Below, piece by piece: positions 47,040 to 55,922 of a stretch of DNA of 64,000 nt. The notes under the pieces were generated by a model. That model searched no databases. It saw nothing but the letters and a program-made list of their open reading frames with translations, and was not told where the DNA came from. The stretch's first letter is position 1; the number at the start of each line of letters is the position of its first letter. Source of the DNA: a virus; the IMG/VR virus record IMGVR_UViG_3300027836_000007, positions 42,813 to 106,812 of that record; one strand, written 5' to 3'. Position numbers and translations under genes: made by a program.

Positions 47040-50000
47040 TTATCCAAATGTTAAAACGTATTCAATTGCAATGTTTGTTGCGTCATTAAAGTTAATACCG
47101 CCGCCAACACCAGATACACCGGTCCATATTGATCCGTTATAAACTTCAACAAATTCCTGTTCTGTGTTAAAGCGTATCATACCTGCTTCAGTTACACCTG
47201 GACGTGTAGAGTCTGTGCCTGATGGAATTACAATTCCGTAAGTTCCTGCAACCTTTACATACCCTGTGCCTGTTTGACTAAATTCAGTTATTGCGCCTGA
47301 TACTACGTTGGTAATTGTATTATTCTTAATACTTAAATTTCCAACACGTACACTACCGGTGCCAGTTGGTGTTAAATTAATATCACTATCAGTACTTATC
47401 GAACTAATAGTATTGCTTTCTATATTTAAGTTACTAGTTTGTAACCGCTCTGCGTATAATTTAGTACTGTCAATAGTAGCCATCAAACTACCATCTGCGT
47501 AAAATCTTAAAGTATTATCGTTTGCGCCCGGAGTTAATTCAGCAGTAATATATGTATTGCCGTCTGAATCTGCAACTCCGCTCATAGTTAACCAGAGACC
47601 GTTATTATAACCTTCATAGCGTTCAATTTGGTTATTGTAACGAATCATACCATTTACAGGTGTGCCTGGTCGTTGGCTGTTGTCTCCGACTGGAAGTTTT
47701 AAACTTTGATTACTGTCAATTGTAACAATGCCAGTTCCTTGCGGAGTTAGCACAATGTCTGAATTTGTTACAGTGCTTTTAATTACATTGTCTTCAACTT
47801 TTAAGCCTTCAATTACAACATTGCCAGTGCCGTTTGCACTTAATTGTAAATCAGTTCCAGCAGTTCTAGTTGTAATGGTACTACCACTAATTTCAATATT
47901 AGGTAATCTTAAGTATCCTGTTCCTGTTATGTTGCCAGTAACCTCAGTATTACCACTAGTAGTAAAATTACCAGTTTGATTAATGTCGCCTGTTTGAGTA
48001 ACAGTGCCAGTAATACTAGTATTCTTTAAATATGTTGTTCCTGTAGTAACTGTTAAATCAGTTGTAACAGTTAAATTTTGATCTATTTGTACATTGTTAC
48101 TTGGGATTGAAATTATTCCACTACCGTTAGCTTGTAATGTTAAATTATCATTACCCACAGTAGTTTGAATAGTGTTACTATCAATTACAAGTCCGTCAAT
48201 TTCTGCTCTGCTTAGGAATACGTTATTCCAACGTAACGGAGTTACTCCGCCTTGCCCTAAGTTATAAGTTGCTGTTGTCGCAGGTACTAGGTTACTGCTG
48301 ATTCCACCGACAAAATTAATTGTATCTGTACTAGCATCACCAATAGTAATATTGCCGCCTAGCGTAATATCGCCTGTAACATCTAAGTTACCAGTAATGA
48401 ATGTATTATTCTGTAGATTAATTGTACCGCTGGCCGCAGTTACATTAACATCACCGGTTAAACTTTCAATAGTATTACCACTAATACGCATATTTCCAGT
48501 GTCAATACCATCTGCTGAAATTATTGTAGTGTTTATACCATCAGTAAAGGTAACGCCTGCTGGAGTTGTTATTGTTAATAGTTCGCCGTTGAATAATACT
48601 TCGCCAGTTTTTTGATTTACAAAAAACGCATCGCCTACACTAAAATTACCTTCATTATCTACAGACGTTCTGTAGATACGTGCGCCATTAAGTTCAACTA
48701 CTTCATTAGCCGCAATTCTATCGTTAGGATCGTTAGTTGTTAATTTGCCGGTGCCTACATAAGCAAAGTTTTGTGATATTAAGTAACCAATAACTCCTGG
48801 GCCGTCACCGTATGCGCCGTATGTTCCGTATACGTTAGCACTACCAATAGCACGAATCTCAGCACCAAAGTCTGAGTAGTCTGCAAACTGTATTAAACTT
48901 GCTGTTCCTAATGCACTTGTTCTTAAATCTTGTAAAGTTACACCGTCGTCAACAAATGTTGTTGAATTGTTTGCGCCGTTAAAGTGTAATAACAATACTG
49001 TTGATAAGTCGCCTGCAAGTGGCGCTGTTGGAACTGTTACTGAAGTTGTGTATTTTGCTACACCTTTAACAACACGAACTTCATCAATGTATCCTGTACT
49101 TGGTGCTCCGTCAGTCCAGCTTGCCCCCATTCTAACTGGTCGTGCTGGATAGTTAGTAGTGTCTGCCCATGTTGTTGGTGTTAAAGTTCCGTTGACTGCT
49201 AATTTGGTGACGCCGCCAACTCTAAATAGTGCTATGTGATTAAATGCGCCTGCTGAACAAGCCACAGATGAAGTTATTCTATAGGCGTTGCTAACAAATA
49301 ATCGAATGTTACCAGCAGTATTCATTTCCAAATACAGTGCGGTATCGTTACTGGCAGTTCTACAGTCTAGTAAAATTTGTTGTGTTCCGAGCGCAGTTGG
49401 TCTCCAGAAAAACTCAAAAGTAAAATCTCCAGTGCCGTATTCAAAATCTGGTTGTGAAGATATAGTAATATAGTCTCCAACACCATCTAAAACTAAACTT
49501 GCTGTGCCAAATTTCTTTTGCGCTATTGATAATTTAGCATCGCCTTGGGCGTATACTGTTTTACCTACACGGTCTGTGATTGTTTCAAAGCCTAATTCGC
49601 GTCCTGTTAGGTTAACATAATCGCCATCAATACTAGCAATAGTTCCTGTACCTAATACTGTTGTTCCGTCAGTATCGTAGTAGTTTACAGTATTACCAAC
49701 TGCCCACGTACCTGTACGAGTTTCAATACGTAAGCGTGTTAAACCTGCGCCAGCAAAACCGCTGGCGCTTGAATAAGCGTATAACCCTTTATCAGCAAAG
49801 TAAGTAAATGAGTTCAACCACTCGATACGTACACCGTTAGTTGCTACAATGGTTTCTTGGTTTGGTGTAAAGAACGTACAGCTATGAAACAACATAGCCG
49901 CTTCTCTGCTTAGTATATTAGCTACACTACCGTCTATTAACGCACCTTTACCAGCATCGTTTTGATCAAAGCCGTACGGGTCTCCGGCACTAGTTACGCT

Positions 50001-51110
50001 TCCGCGAGTTAGTACTGTTATATTTCTAATATACGGACTACGAGTAGATACTGTAAAAGATGGAGCAAAACGGAATCCATATCCTGTATTGTTTCCGCTG
50101 TTAAATCTAAATCCAGTTACTGTTAGTTCTTCAACAGTAGTTTCTCCATTCATTAAGAACGCATCTTTATCAACGGTTCCAACTGTAGGCTGAATAGTTA
50201 CGGCACGTAGTCCGGCGCCTTTAACAGTAACGCCAACTGGTACAGTTAATGGAAATATTTCAGAATACGTACCTGGATAAATGTAAACAGTGTCGCCCGG
50301 TGATGTCAAACTTAACGCATACTTAACTGTTAATACTGGGTCGTGTTCATGCTCACCTGAATTGGTGTCGCTGCCATTTTCAGCAACATAATAGATATTG
50401 CCTTGAGTAGATACTACGTTGATACTACTTACTGTAATTGTATCTGCTGTAAAATCTGTAGCAAATATCTCTTTAGCGTAAGTGTTGCGCCATCTTTTAC
50501 CAAAATTACCTGGAGTAATTTCAACTGCTGGATTACTACCTAGGTCGTATGTTTCAGTAATATCTGGAATAATATTACTAGTAATGTCAGCATTAAATGT
50601 AATGCTGTCAGTGTCAGCGTCACCTAGTGTTAAGTTGCCGTCTGCTGTAATAGTTCCGGTTGCGTGTAAATTGCCGTTAACTAACACATTGCTGTTGATG
50701 TTTACTTCGCCGATGCCGGTAGTATTGATTTCTAAGTCACTATCAGTTACAGTTGTTTCAATAATGTTTGACGATATTCTTAAATTGTCGTCGACTAAAA
50801 TTTTAGCTTGATAGATAACAGCATTAGCGCCAGCGGGCTCTAAGCTAATTATTGAATTTGAACTTGATATTTTGTTACCAAATATTGTAATCTCAGCTAT
50901 GTCAGCTTGATTGGTAACTTCTAAATCTGTGGTACGTGTTGTACCGTTGATTCCTAATTGGTAGTCGTCGAGGGCTGTTGGGGTTGTCTTTACGCCGACT
51001 TTACCATTAATAACATCTAAATATAAAAGGTCGGTCTCAAAAGCCAGATCAACCCCGTCACGAAGCAGATTTGCTTTTAAGAGCGGACCGGTAATACGAC
51101 CAACAGCCAT
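47040..51110 (-). CDS. Large fibre/baseplate-appendage protein with beta-helix and LamG-like domain (about 1356 aa)
   Basis: Start moved from 51128 to MAVGRITGPLLKANL at 51110 (SD AGGAG). Contiguous YYVAENGSD...PGTYSE.FPL.VP.GV.V.G..LR beta-helix, LamG-like insert, and P.G....RP....GMIR.N repeats. Confidence 0.8.
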   Translation of the reverse strand: MAVGRITGPLLKANLLRDGVDLAFETDLLYLDVINGKVGVKTTPTALDDYQLGINGTTRTTDLEVTNQADIAEITIFGNKISSSNSIISLEPAGANAVIYQAKILVDDNLRISSNIIETTVTDSDLEINTTGIGEVNINSNVLVNGNLHATGTITADGNLTLGDADTDSITFNADITSNIIPDITETYDLGSNPAVEITPGNFGKRWRNTYAKEIFATDFTADTITVSSINVVSTQGNIYYVAENGSDTNSGEHEHDPVLTVKYALSLTSPGDTVYIYPGTYSEIFPLTVPVGVTVKGAGLRAVTIQPTVGTVDKDAFLMNGETTVEELTVTGFRFNSGNNTGYGFRFAPSFTVSTRSPYIRNITVLTRGSVTSAGDPYGFDQNDAGKGALIDGSVANILSREAAMLFHSCTFFTPNQETIVATNGVRIEWLNSFTYFADKGLYAYSSASGFAGAGLTRLRIETRTGTWAVGNTVNYYDTDGTTVLGTGTIASIDGDYVNLTGRELGFETITDRVGKTVYAQGDAKLSIAQKKFGTASLVLDGVGDYITISSQPDFEYGTGDFTFEFFWRPTALGTQQILLDCRTASNDTALYLEMNTAGNIRLFVSNAYRITSSVACSAGAFNHIALFRVGGVTKLAVNGTLTPTTWADTTNYPARPVRMGASWTDGAPSTGYIDEVRVVKGVAKYTTSVTVPTAPLAGDLSTVLLLHFNGANNSTTFVDDGVTLQDLRTSALGTASLIQFADYSDFGAEIRAIGSANVYGTYGAYGDGPGVIGYLISQNFAYVGTGKLTTNDPNDRIAANEVVELNGARIYRTSVDNEGNFSVGDAFFVNQKTGEVLFNGELLTITTPAGVTFTDGINTTIISADGIDTGNMRISGNTIESLTGDVNVTAASGTINLQNNTFITGNLDVTGDITLGGNITIGDASTDTINFVGGISSNLVPATTATYNLGQGGVTPLRWNNVFLSRAEIDGLVIDSNTIQTTVGNDNLTLQANGSGIISIPSNNVQIDQNLTVTTDLTVTTGTTYLKNTSITGTVTQTGDINQTGNFTTSGNTEVTGNITGTGYLRLPNIEISGSTITTRTAGTDLQLSANGTGNVVIEGLKVEDNVIKSTVTNSDIVLTPQGTGIVTIDSNQSLKLPVGDNSQRPGTPVNGMIRYNNQIERYEGYNNGLWLTMSGVADSDGNTYITAELTPGANDNTLRFYADGSLMATIDSTKLYAERLQTSNLNIESNTISSISTDSDINLTPTGTGSVRVGNLSIKNNTITNVVSGAITEFSQTGTGYVKVAGTYGIVIPSGTDSTRPGVTEAGMIRFNTEQEFVEVYNGSIWTGVSGVGGGINFNDATNIAIEYVLTFG

Positions 51111-51224
51111 TTGCGCTCCTGAATACACCGAGTTTCACGGATAACCACTTTTTCAGCTTTCGCTCTATGCGGGTTTACCACAGGTTAATCATACAGTGGA
51201 TTGGTCGTCCCTTGTAATCATTAG
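51111..51224 (-). ncRNA. Candidate structured 5' leader RNA
   Basis: About 115-nt non-coding leader with stems UAACC/GGUUA, UGUGG/CCGCA, AGC-GAAA-GCU and CCG/CGG; folded by eye only. Confidence 0.4.
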
Positions 51225-51231
51225 TATTTAG
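51225..51231 (-). promoter_or_regulatory. Putative late promoter (CTAAATA)
   Basis: Intergenic TAAATA motif just after the stop of the 886-aa gene. Confidence 0.65.
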
Positions 51232-51244
51232 CTGTTTTGGTTTT

Positions 51245-53905
51245 TTACCCTAGGATCAGGGTCCAAAGTTCAAGAACGTCAAGAACATCTTCAGCGGAAA
51301 CTGTTGCATTATTTCCTACAGCACTGATCCATTGGGTGCCATTGAAGATTTCTAGAACTCCGGCTGCTTGTGTATTATATCGAAGTTCTCCAAGATCAGG
51401 AGTTCCTCGTCTACTGCTCTCATTTCCTGTAGGAACTACAAGGCCGCCGCTACCTGAAAATTTAATATAACCAGTGCCAGTCGTATTCAAATCTAACGAA
51501 GTGTTTAATGAATTTACAATATAATTTTGGCTGATTGGTAATCCGTTTAACACTGTATTTCCAACGCCGTCTGGAGAGAATGTTAAATCATTTCCAGAAA
51601 CTTTATTTGATAACGTATTCCCTGTCAGTCGAACATTGCCTGCTTCAAAAATATCAGAATTAAGAGATGTGCTGTTTAATGTAGTTTTAACAACATTATT
51701 AATTCCAAAATAGATAGTATTATCAGTTGCTCCGGTTGTTATATATGTGTTTCTATCTGAATCGTATAAGCCATTAAAGCTAATCAACCCAGTACCAGCA
51801 CCACCTTCGTATAAATTTGTTAAATTGTTATAACGTATTTCGCCTGCTGCAATAGTTCTTGTAGTTGTATTTCCAACTGGGATTTTTGCCGCATTTGTTC
51901 CTGTAATTGTTACACTTCCAGTACCGTTAGGTTGAAGTATAACACTTCGCTGTGTATCGGTTGTTGGACTAGCCCACACGTTACTAATAGTAGATCCGTC
52001 AATTTTTAAACGTTGATCGAGAACAACAGCGCCAGTTGTTGCGCCAGTTAATGTTAAATCACTGTCAGTTGCCGTAACACTGATTTCACTATTTTGCAGT
52101 TTGATATCTGGAACCGCAAAATACGAACTGCCTGTAATTTCGATATTAGTATTAGCGAACAGTCCAGTAATATATGCGTTACTGCTACCAATTTGATCCC
52201 AATCGCCTGTTTGAGTTATTGTTCCTGTTAGCTCAGTATCTTGTAAACTGCTAACACCGTTTACAGTTAATGTATTGCCAACTATTAAATCGTTAGCAAT
52301 CGTCACATCCGTATTTGTAACTTGTACTTGCCCAGTGCCGGCAGCTGAAAGAACTAGATTTGTATCAGTAGTTAAAGTCGAAACAGTATTAGATGATAGT
52401 TGTGTAACATTGTCAACATTTAATAAAGTTGCAAATAGTGTGTTCCATCGTGTAGTATCTGTACCTAGAGAGAACGGGCCGCCAACATCGTCTGGAACTA
52501 AATCTTGTGTTAAGTTAGAAAATACTGTGATAGTATCTGTTGATTGATTGCCAAGAAATAAATTGCCATCAACATTAATATTTGAGGAAACTGTAGTATT
52601 TCCTGTAACGAATACATTGGTATTTAGGTAAGTCGATCCTGAGCTGGCTAGAAAGTTAACTGGGCCTAATAAGCTATCAATATTATTATCGTATATTCTA
52701 ATATTTCCAGTTTGAACTATGTTTCTATCAACATACGACGGGCTAGTTCCACCTTCTACACTAATAGCTCCTAATGGATTAAATGTAATTGACTGTGCGT
52801 TAAACGCAATCGCGCCAGTTTCCTGATTTACATAAAAAACATCACCTACTCTAAAGTCGCCTTTATGATCAACACTTTCATAATAAATTCGGCCATTGTT
52901 AGATTCTACTACTTCAAATGCTTGTATTGCCTGTGATGGATCATTAGTGCTAACTATTCCTGAACCAATATAACCAAAATTGTGGCCAATCAAGTAACCT
53001 AAAGTGTTTGCGCCGTCTGCTACTGCGCCGTAAGTTCCGTATACGTTTGCGCTGTTAATACTACGAATTTCTGCCCCATAGCGAGTTATTGTACCAATGC
53101 CTGGGGCAGAAAAAATAGGAATACCAACACCTGCTACCAATGACGTTGTGACATATATTCTCCACATGTTAGTATTAACAGGATCTTCAATTATATAATC
53201 AACAATGTAGATTGTTCCAGCAACATTTATAGTCCAGCCTGGACTAACTGTAGTAATAAAGTCAATTGGTAAATTAGTTTTATACCAAGCTACCCATTTT
53301 TCTCCAATCGAGTTGCCGGTCGTGTCCCAAATATCATTTGAAAATACCAATGCTGTGCCAGAGTCTGGATAGAAACTAATAGGTTTAAGCTGGCCAGCCG
53401 GATTAAAAGTTGTATCAACAGTCATTCTCCACTCTGTTGGAGACAATGGCTCTGTGGCAATTGATACAACTGTGTAAAATAAAGGAGCTGCAGGATACCT
53501 ATCAATAACTGCTGTTTGACCTACTAACGAATCTACAAGAACTTGACTATAAAATGATTTGGACAGAGTCACGCTGTTACTAGATAACGAAATCCCAGTA
53601 GGGTTTGGGCCAACAGTGATAGCTGTAGGAGCAGTGCCGCCTGGTGCGTCAAATCCTAGAGTGCCTTCAGTTAAGTAGATACCGCGATAAGCAAAGTATG
53701 TAAATGAATTCAACCACTCGACACGGGCGCCGTTGGTAGCTGTAATTCCATCTGCGTCCGGAACTATCATAGTAACAGCATGGAATAACATGCTTGCTTC
53801 TTTGCTGCCACTACTAACAACGCTTCCGTCGACTAGTGCTCCGTTTCCAGGAAATATAGTTGTTGTTGGAGGGCCGCCTATACCGCCGCCGCCTGATATT
53901 GGCAT
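51245..53905 (-). CDS. Fibre/appendage protein, C-terminal part of a split paralogue of 47040..51110
   Basis: GNGALVDGS...EASMLFH...ATNGARVEWLNSFTYFA, GAEIRSINSANVYGTYGA and RIYYESVDHKGDF.VG align with the middle and end of the 1362-aa protein. Confidence 0.8.
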   Translation of the reverse strand: MPISGGGGIGGPPTTTIFPGNGALVDGSVVSSGSKEASMLFHAVTMIVPDADGITATNGARVEWLNSFTYFAYRGIYLTEGTLGFDAPGGTAPTAITVGPNPTGISLSSNSVTLSKSFYSQVLVDSLVGQTAVIDRYPAAPLFYTVVSIATEPLSPTEWRMTVDTTFNPAGQLKPISFYPDSGTALVFSNDIWDTTGNSIGEKWVAWYKTNLPIDFITTVSPGWTINVAGTIYIVDYIIEDPVNTNMWRIYVTTSLVAGVGIPIFSAPGIGTITRYGAEIRSINSANVYGTYGAVADGANTLGYLIGHNFGYIGSGIVSTNDPSQAIQAFEVVESNNGRIYYESVDHKGDFRVGDVFYVNQETGAIAFNAQSITFNPLGAISVEGGTSPSYVDRNIVQTGNIRIYDNNIDSLLGPVNFLASSGSTYLNTNVFVTGNTTVSSNINVDGNLFLGNQSTDTITVFSNLTQDLVPDDVGGPFSLGTDTTRWNTLFATLLNVDNVTQLSSNTVSTLTTDTNLVLSAAGTGQVQVTNTDVTIANDLIVGNTLTVNGVSSLQDTELTGTITQTGDWDQIGSSNAYITGLFANTNIEITGSSYFAVPDIKLQNSEISVTATDSDLTLTGATTGAVVLDQRLKIDGSTISNVWASPTTDTQRSVILQPNGTGSVTITGTNAAKIPVGNTTTRTIAAGEIRYNNLTNLYEGGAGTGLISFNGLYDSDRNTYITTGATDNTIYFGINNVVKTTLNSTSLNSDIFEAGNVRLTGNTLSNKVSGNDLTFSPDGVGNTVLNGLPISQNYIVNSLNTSLDLNTTGTGYIKFSGSGGLVVPTGNESSRRGTPDLGELRYNTQAAGVLEIFNGTQWISAVGNNATVSAEDVLDVLELWTLILG

Positions 53906-55005
53906 TATGGACCTCCTGTTATAATTGTTACATTTTGAATGTAAGGACTTCTAGTTGTAATTGTACAACCAGTAGCAAATCTAAAACCGTACCCGGTGTC
54001 AGTCAGTGAATTATATAAAAAATCTTTAATAGTTAAAAACGATACAGTAGTTTCTCCGTTGAGTAAGAAAGCATCTTTATCAATTGTTTCAATAGTTGGC
54101 TGTATATTTACAGCACGTATACTTGTGCCGCGTACACTAACTCCTTGCGGAACAGTTAGTGGAAATTCTTCTTCGTATGTTCCTGGAAATATAACAACTT
54201 CATCTCCAGAAACTGCTTGACTTAACGCATACTTTACAGTTCTATACGTTGCGTGATCGTGTGCTCCAATGTTGCCATCGCTGCCATTAACACTAACATA
54301 TAATGTTTTATTAATTAAGGTAGATAAATTAATATTGTTAACTATAAGATTGCCACTAATAGTAGCTGATGTTGCTAATATATTTTTGCTATAAAGAGAA
54401 TTCCAACGTTTAAGACTAGTGCCTAAATCGTAAGTTTCATTCAAATCTGGAACAATATGACTAGCAATGTCGGCACTAAATGTTAGACTGTCTAAATTAT
54501 TATTACCAAATGTGATTGATCCGTCAAATGTTATATCACCGGTAGCGTGTAAGTCGCCGTCAATATTGACTTGGGTAGTTGTAAACACAACGCGGCCGGC
54601 ACCGTTAGGATTAAGATTAATATCACTACCATTAGTGACATTTTCAACAGCGTTTGTTGTAAATTTAAAATTAACAGTATCGAATCGAAGACCTTTTACA
54701 GTTGGGTCTGTTGTTTGATCGGGCTCGATAGTAATCGCACTAACTAAGTTTTGAATACGGTTAGTACTAATGTAAAAATTAGGAGTTTCTAAATGAGTGT
54801 CAACTACTAGGTTAGTAGTTAATGTTTTACCTAAAACAGTTAGCGCATTATTTGTAGAATCGGTATTGATTCCAATCTGTCGTGCGCCAACATTTAAAAA
54901 TAAAACTGGATCGCTAAGATCATTATTTTTAAATGTAAGGTCGTCGTCGCGTCTTAGATTTTCCGCAAGTAGCGTACCACTAATTCTACCTAGTTCTAAA
55001 CCCAT
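53905..55005 (-). CDS. Fibre/appendage protein, N-terminal part of the split paralogue
   Basis: LGRISGTLLAENL.RD, LYVSVNGSD...PGTYEEEFPLTVP.GV, DAFLLNGETTV and RSPYIQNVT align with the first ~370 aa of the 1362-aa protein. Confidence 0.8.
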   Translation of the reverse strand: MGLELGRISGTLLAENLRRDDDLTFKNNDLSDPVLFLNVGARQIGINTDSTNNALTVLGKTLTTNLVVDTHLETPNFYISTNRIQNLVSAITIEPDQTTDPTVKGLRFDTVNFKFTTNAVENVTNGSDINLNPNGAGRVVFTTTQVNIDGDLHATGDITFDGSITFGNNNLDSLTFSADIASHIVPDLNETYDLGTSLKRWNSLYSKNILATSATISGNLIVNNINLSTLINKTLYVSVNGSDGNIGAHDHATYRTVKYALSQAVSGDEVVIFPGTYEEEFPLTVPQGVSVRGTSIRAVNIQPTIETIDKDAFLLNGETTVSFLTIKDFLYNSLTDTGYGFRFATGCTITTRSPYIQNVTIITGGP

Positions 55006-55020
55006 GGCGATTCCTTAGGG

Positions 55021-55587
55021 TTATTGATCAAACCCGTGTAATACTGTAACTGGTTCAGTTGTTCCTGATGTTACTCCTGGAACAGCACCTTGAAACTGGA
55101 GGTATTTTGTGCCAGTAGTATATGGGCCTAATGCTCCGGCTCCAATGGTAATATCTGCGCCATCAATAACTACATAATTAGTATTGGCCAGTTGAATTAC
55201 ATTACCCACTATCACAATAATATTTTTAGCCATTTGGCTGACATCCCAAGTTACACCGTTAGCAACAATTGATGATGGTTGCGGACTTAATGGGAATACT
55301 GTATTAACGCCGTCACCTGTGCCTGCTGGCTGTACTGTGATACCGTTAGACTCTCTGTAACGTAATGCTCGCCAAGTGGCTGCTCCGCCTGTGCCTTGGA
55401 ATACTTCAATGTCATTTGTAGAAGTATTATATCGTATCATACCTATTACACCTGTTACTGCTGAACTGCTCTTAGGTAAAGTCATCACAGTGCTATCAGC
55501 TACTGTAAAATTATTACTAGTATCCAATGCTACGCGACTATCGTAAATTGCTCTACGATTAAGTGTAAGAGTTTTTAAAAATCGCAT
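55021..55587 (-). CDS. Putative virion structural protein
   Basis: GMIRYNT motif shared with the fibres; GDGVNTVFPL, V.VGNVIQ...NY and VTVLHGFD. Confidence 0.6.
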   Translation of the reverse strand: MRFLKTLTLNRRAIYDSRVALDTSNNFTVADSTVMTLPKSSSAVTGVIGMIRYNTSTNDIEVFQGTGGAATWRALRYRESNGITVQPAGTGDGVNTVFPLSPQPSSIVANGVTWDVSQMAKNIIVIVGNVIQLANTNYVVIDGADITIGAGALGPYTTGTKYLQFQGAVPGVTSGTTEPVTVLHGFDQ

Positions 55588-55589
55588 TC

Positions 55590-55913
55590 TTATACCACCA
55601 ATACACTTACTGTAGCTGTTAAACCAGTGCCACTTCCTACAGCAACTAATGTATCTGTTGCTCCAAGAACTACTTTTTCTTGGTCAAAACTCACAGTGTC
55701 TCCTGCTGGTACTATTAGTGCGTTTACAATCATACTGGTTGTGCCTGCTGTGGTTTGAGTTCCTGTTCCGTCTTTGCCTAAGGCAAATATAGTTAAAGTT
55801 CTATCCGTTACGCCAGTATTACAAACAATAATAGTAGTTACTGCTCGCTCTACAGCAGAGCCTGACACTAATGTAGTATTTGTTGCTAAAATTTCTGTGT
55901 TGTAAATTGCCAT
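55590..55913 (-). CDS. Small beta-rich virion adaptor-like protein
   Basis: AVTTIIVCN, L.VPAGDT.SFD.EKVVL...D, ATVS; SD AAGGA. Confidence 0.65.
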   Translation of the reverse strand: MAIYNTEILATNTTLVSGSAVERAVTTIIVCNTGVTDRTLTIFALGKDGTGTQTTAGTTSMIVNALIVPAGDTVSFDQEKVVLGATDTLVAVGSGTGLTATVSVLVV

Positions 55914-55922
55914 ATTCTTTCC

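Noticed and set aside
51185-51200. Hammerhead ribozyme or c-di-GMP riboswitch in the 51.1-kb leader
   Set aside because: CUGUAUGA does not match the CUGANGA core and the stems do not fit either consensus; kept only as an unknown structured leader.
51245-55005. Pseudogene or assembly frameshift
   Set aside because: Both halves are intact and the junction has a perfect SD with TAATG coupling; reported instead as a gene fission.
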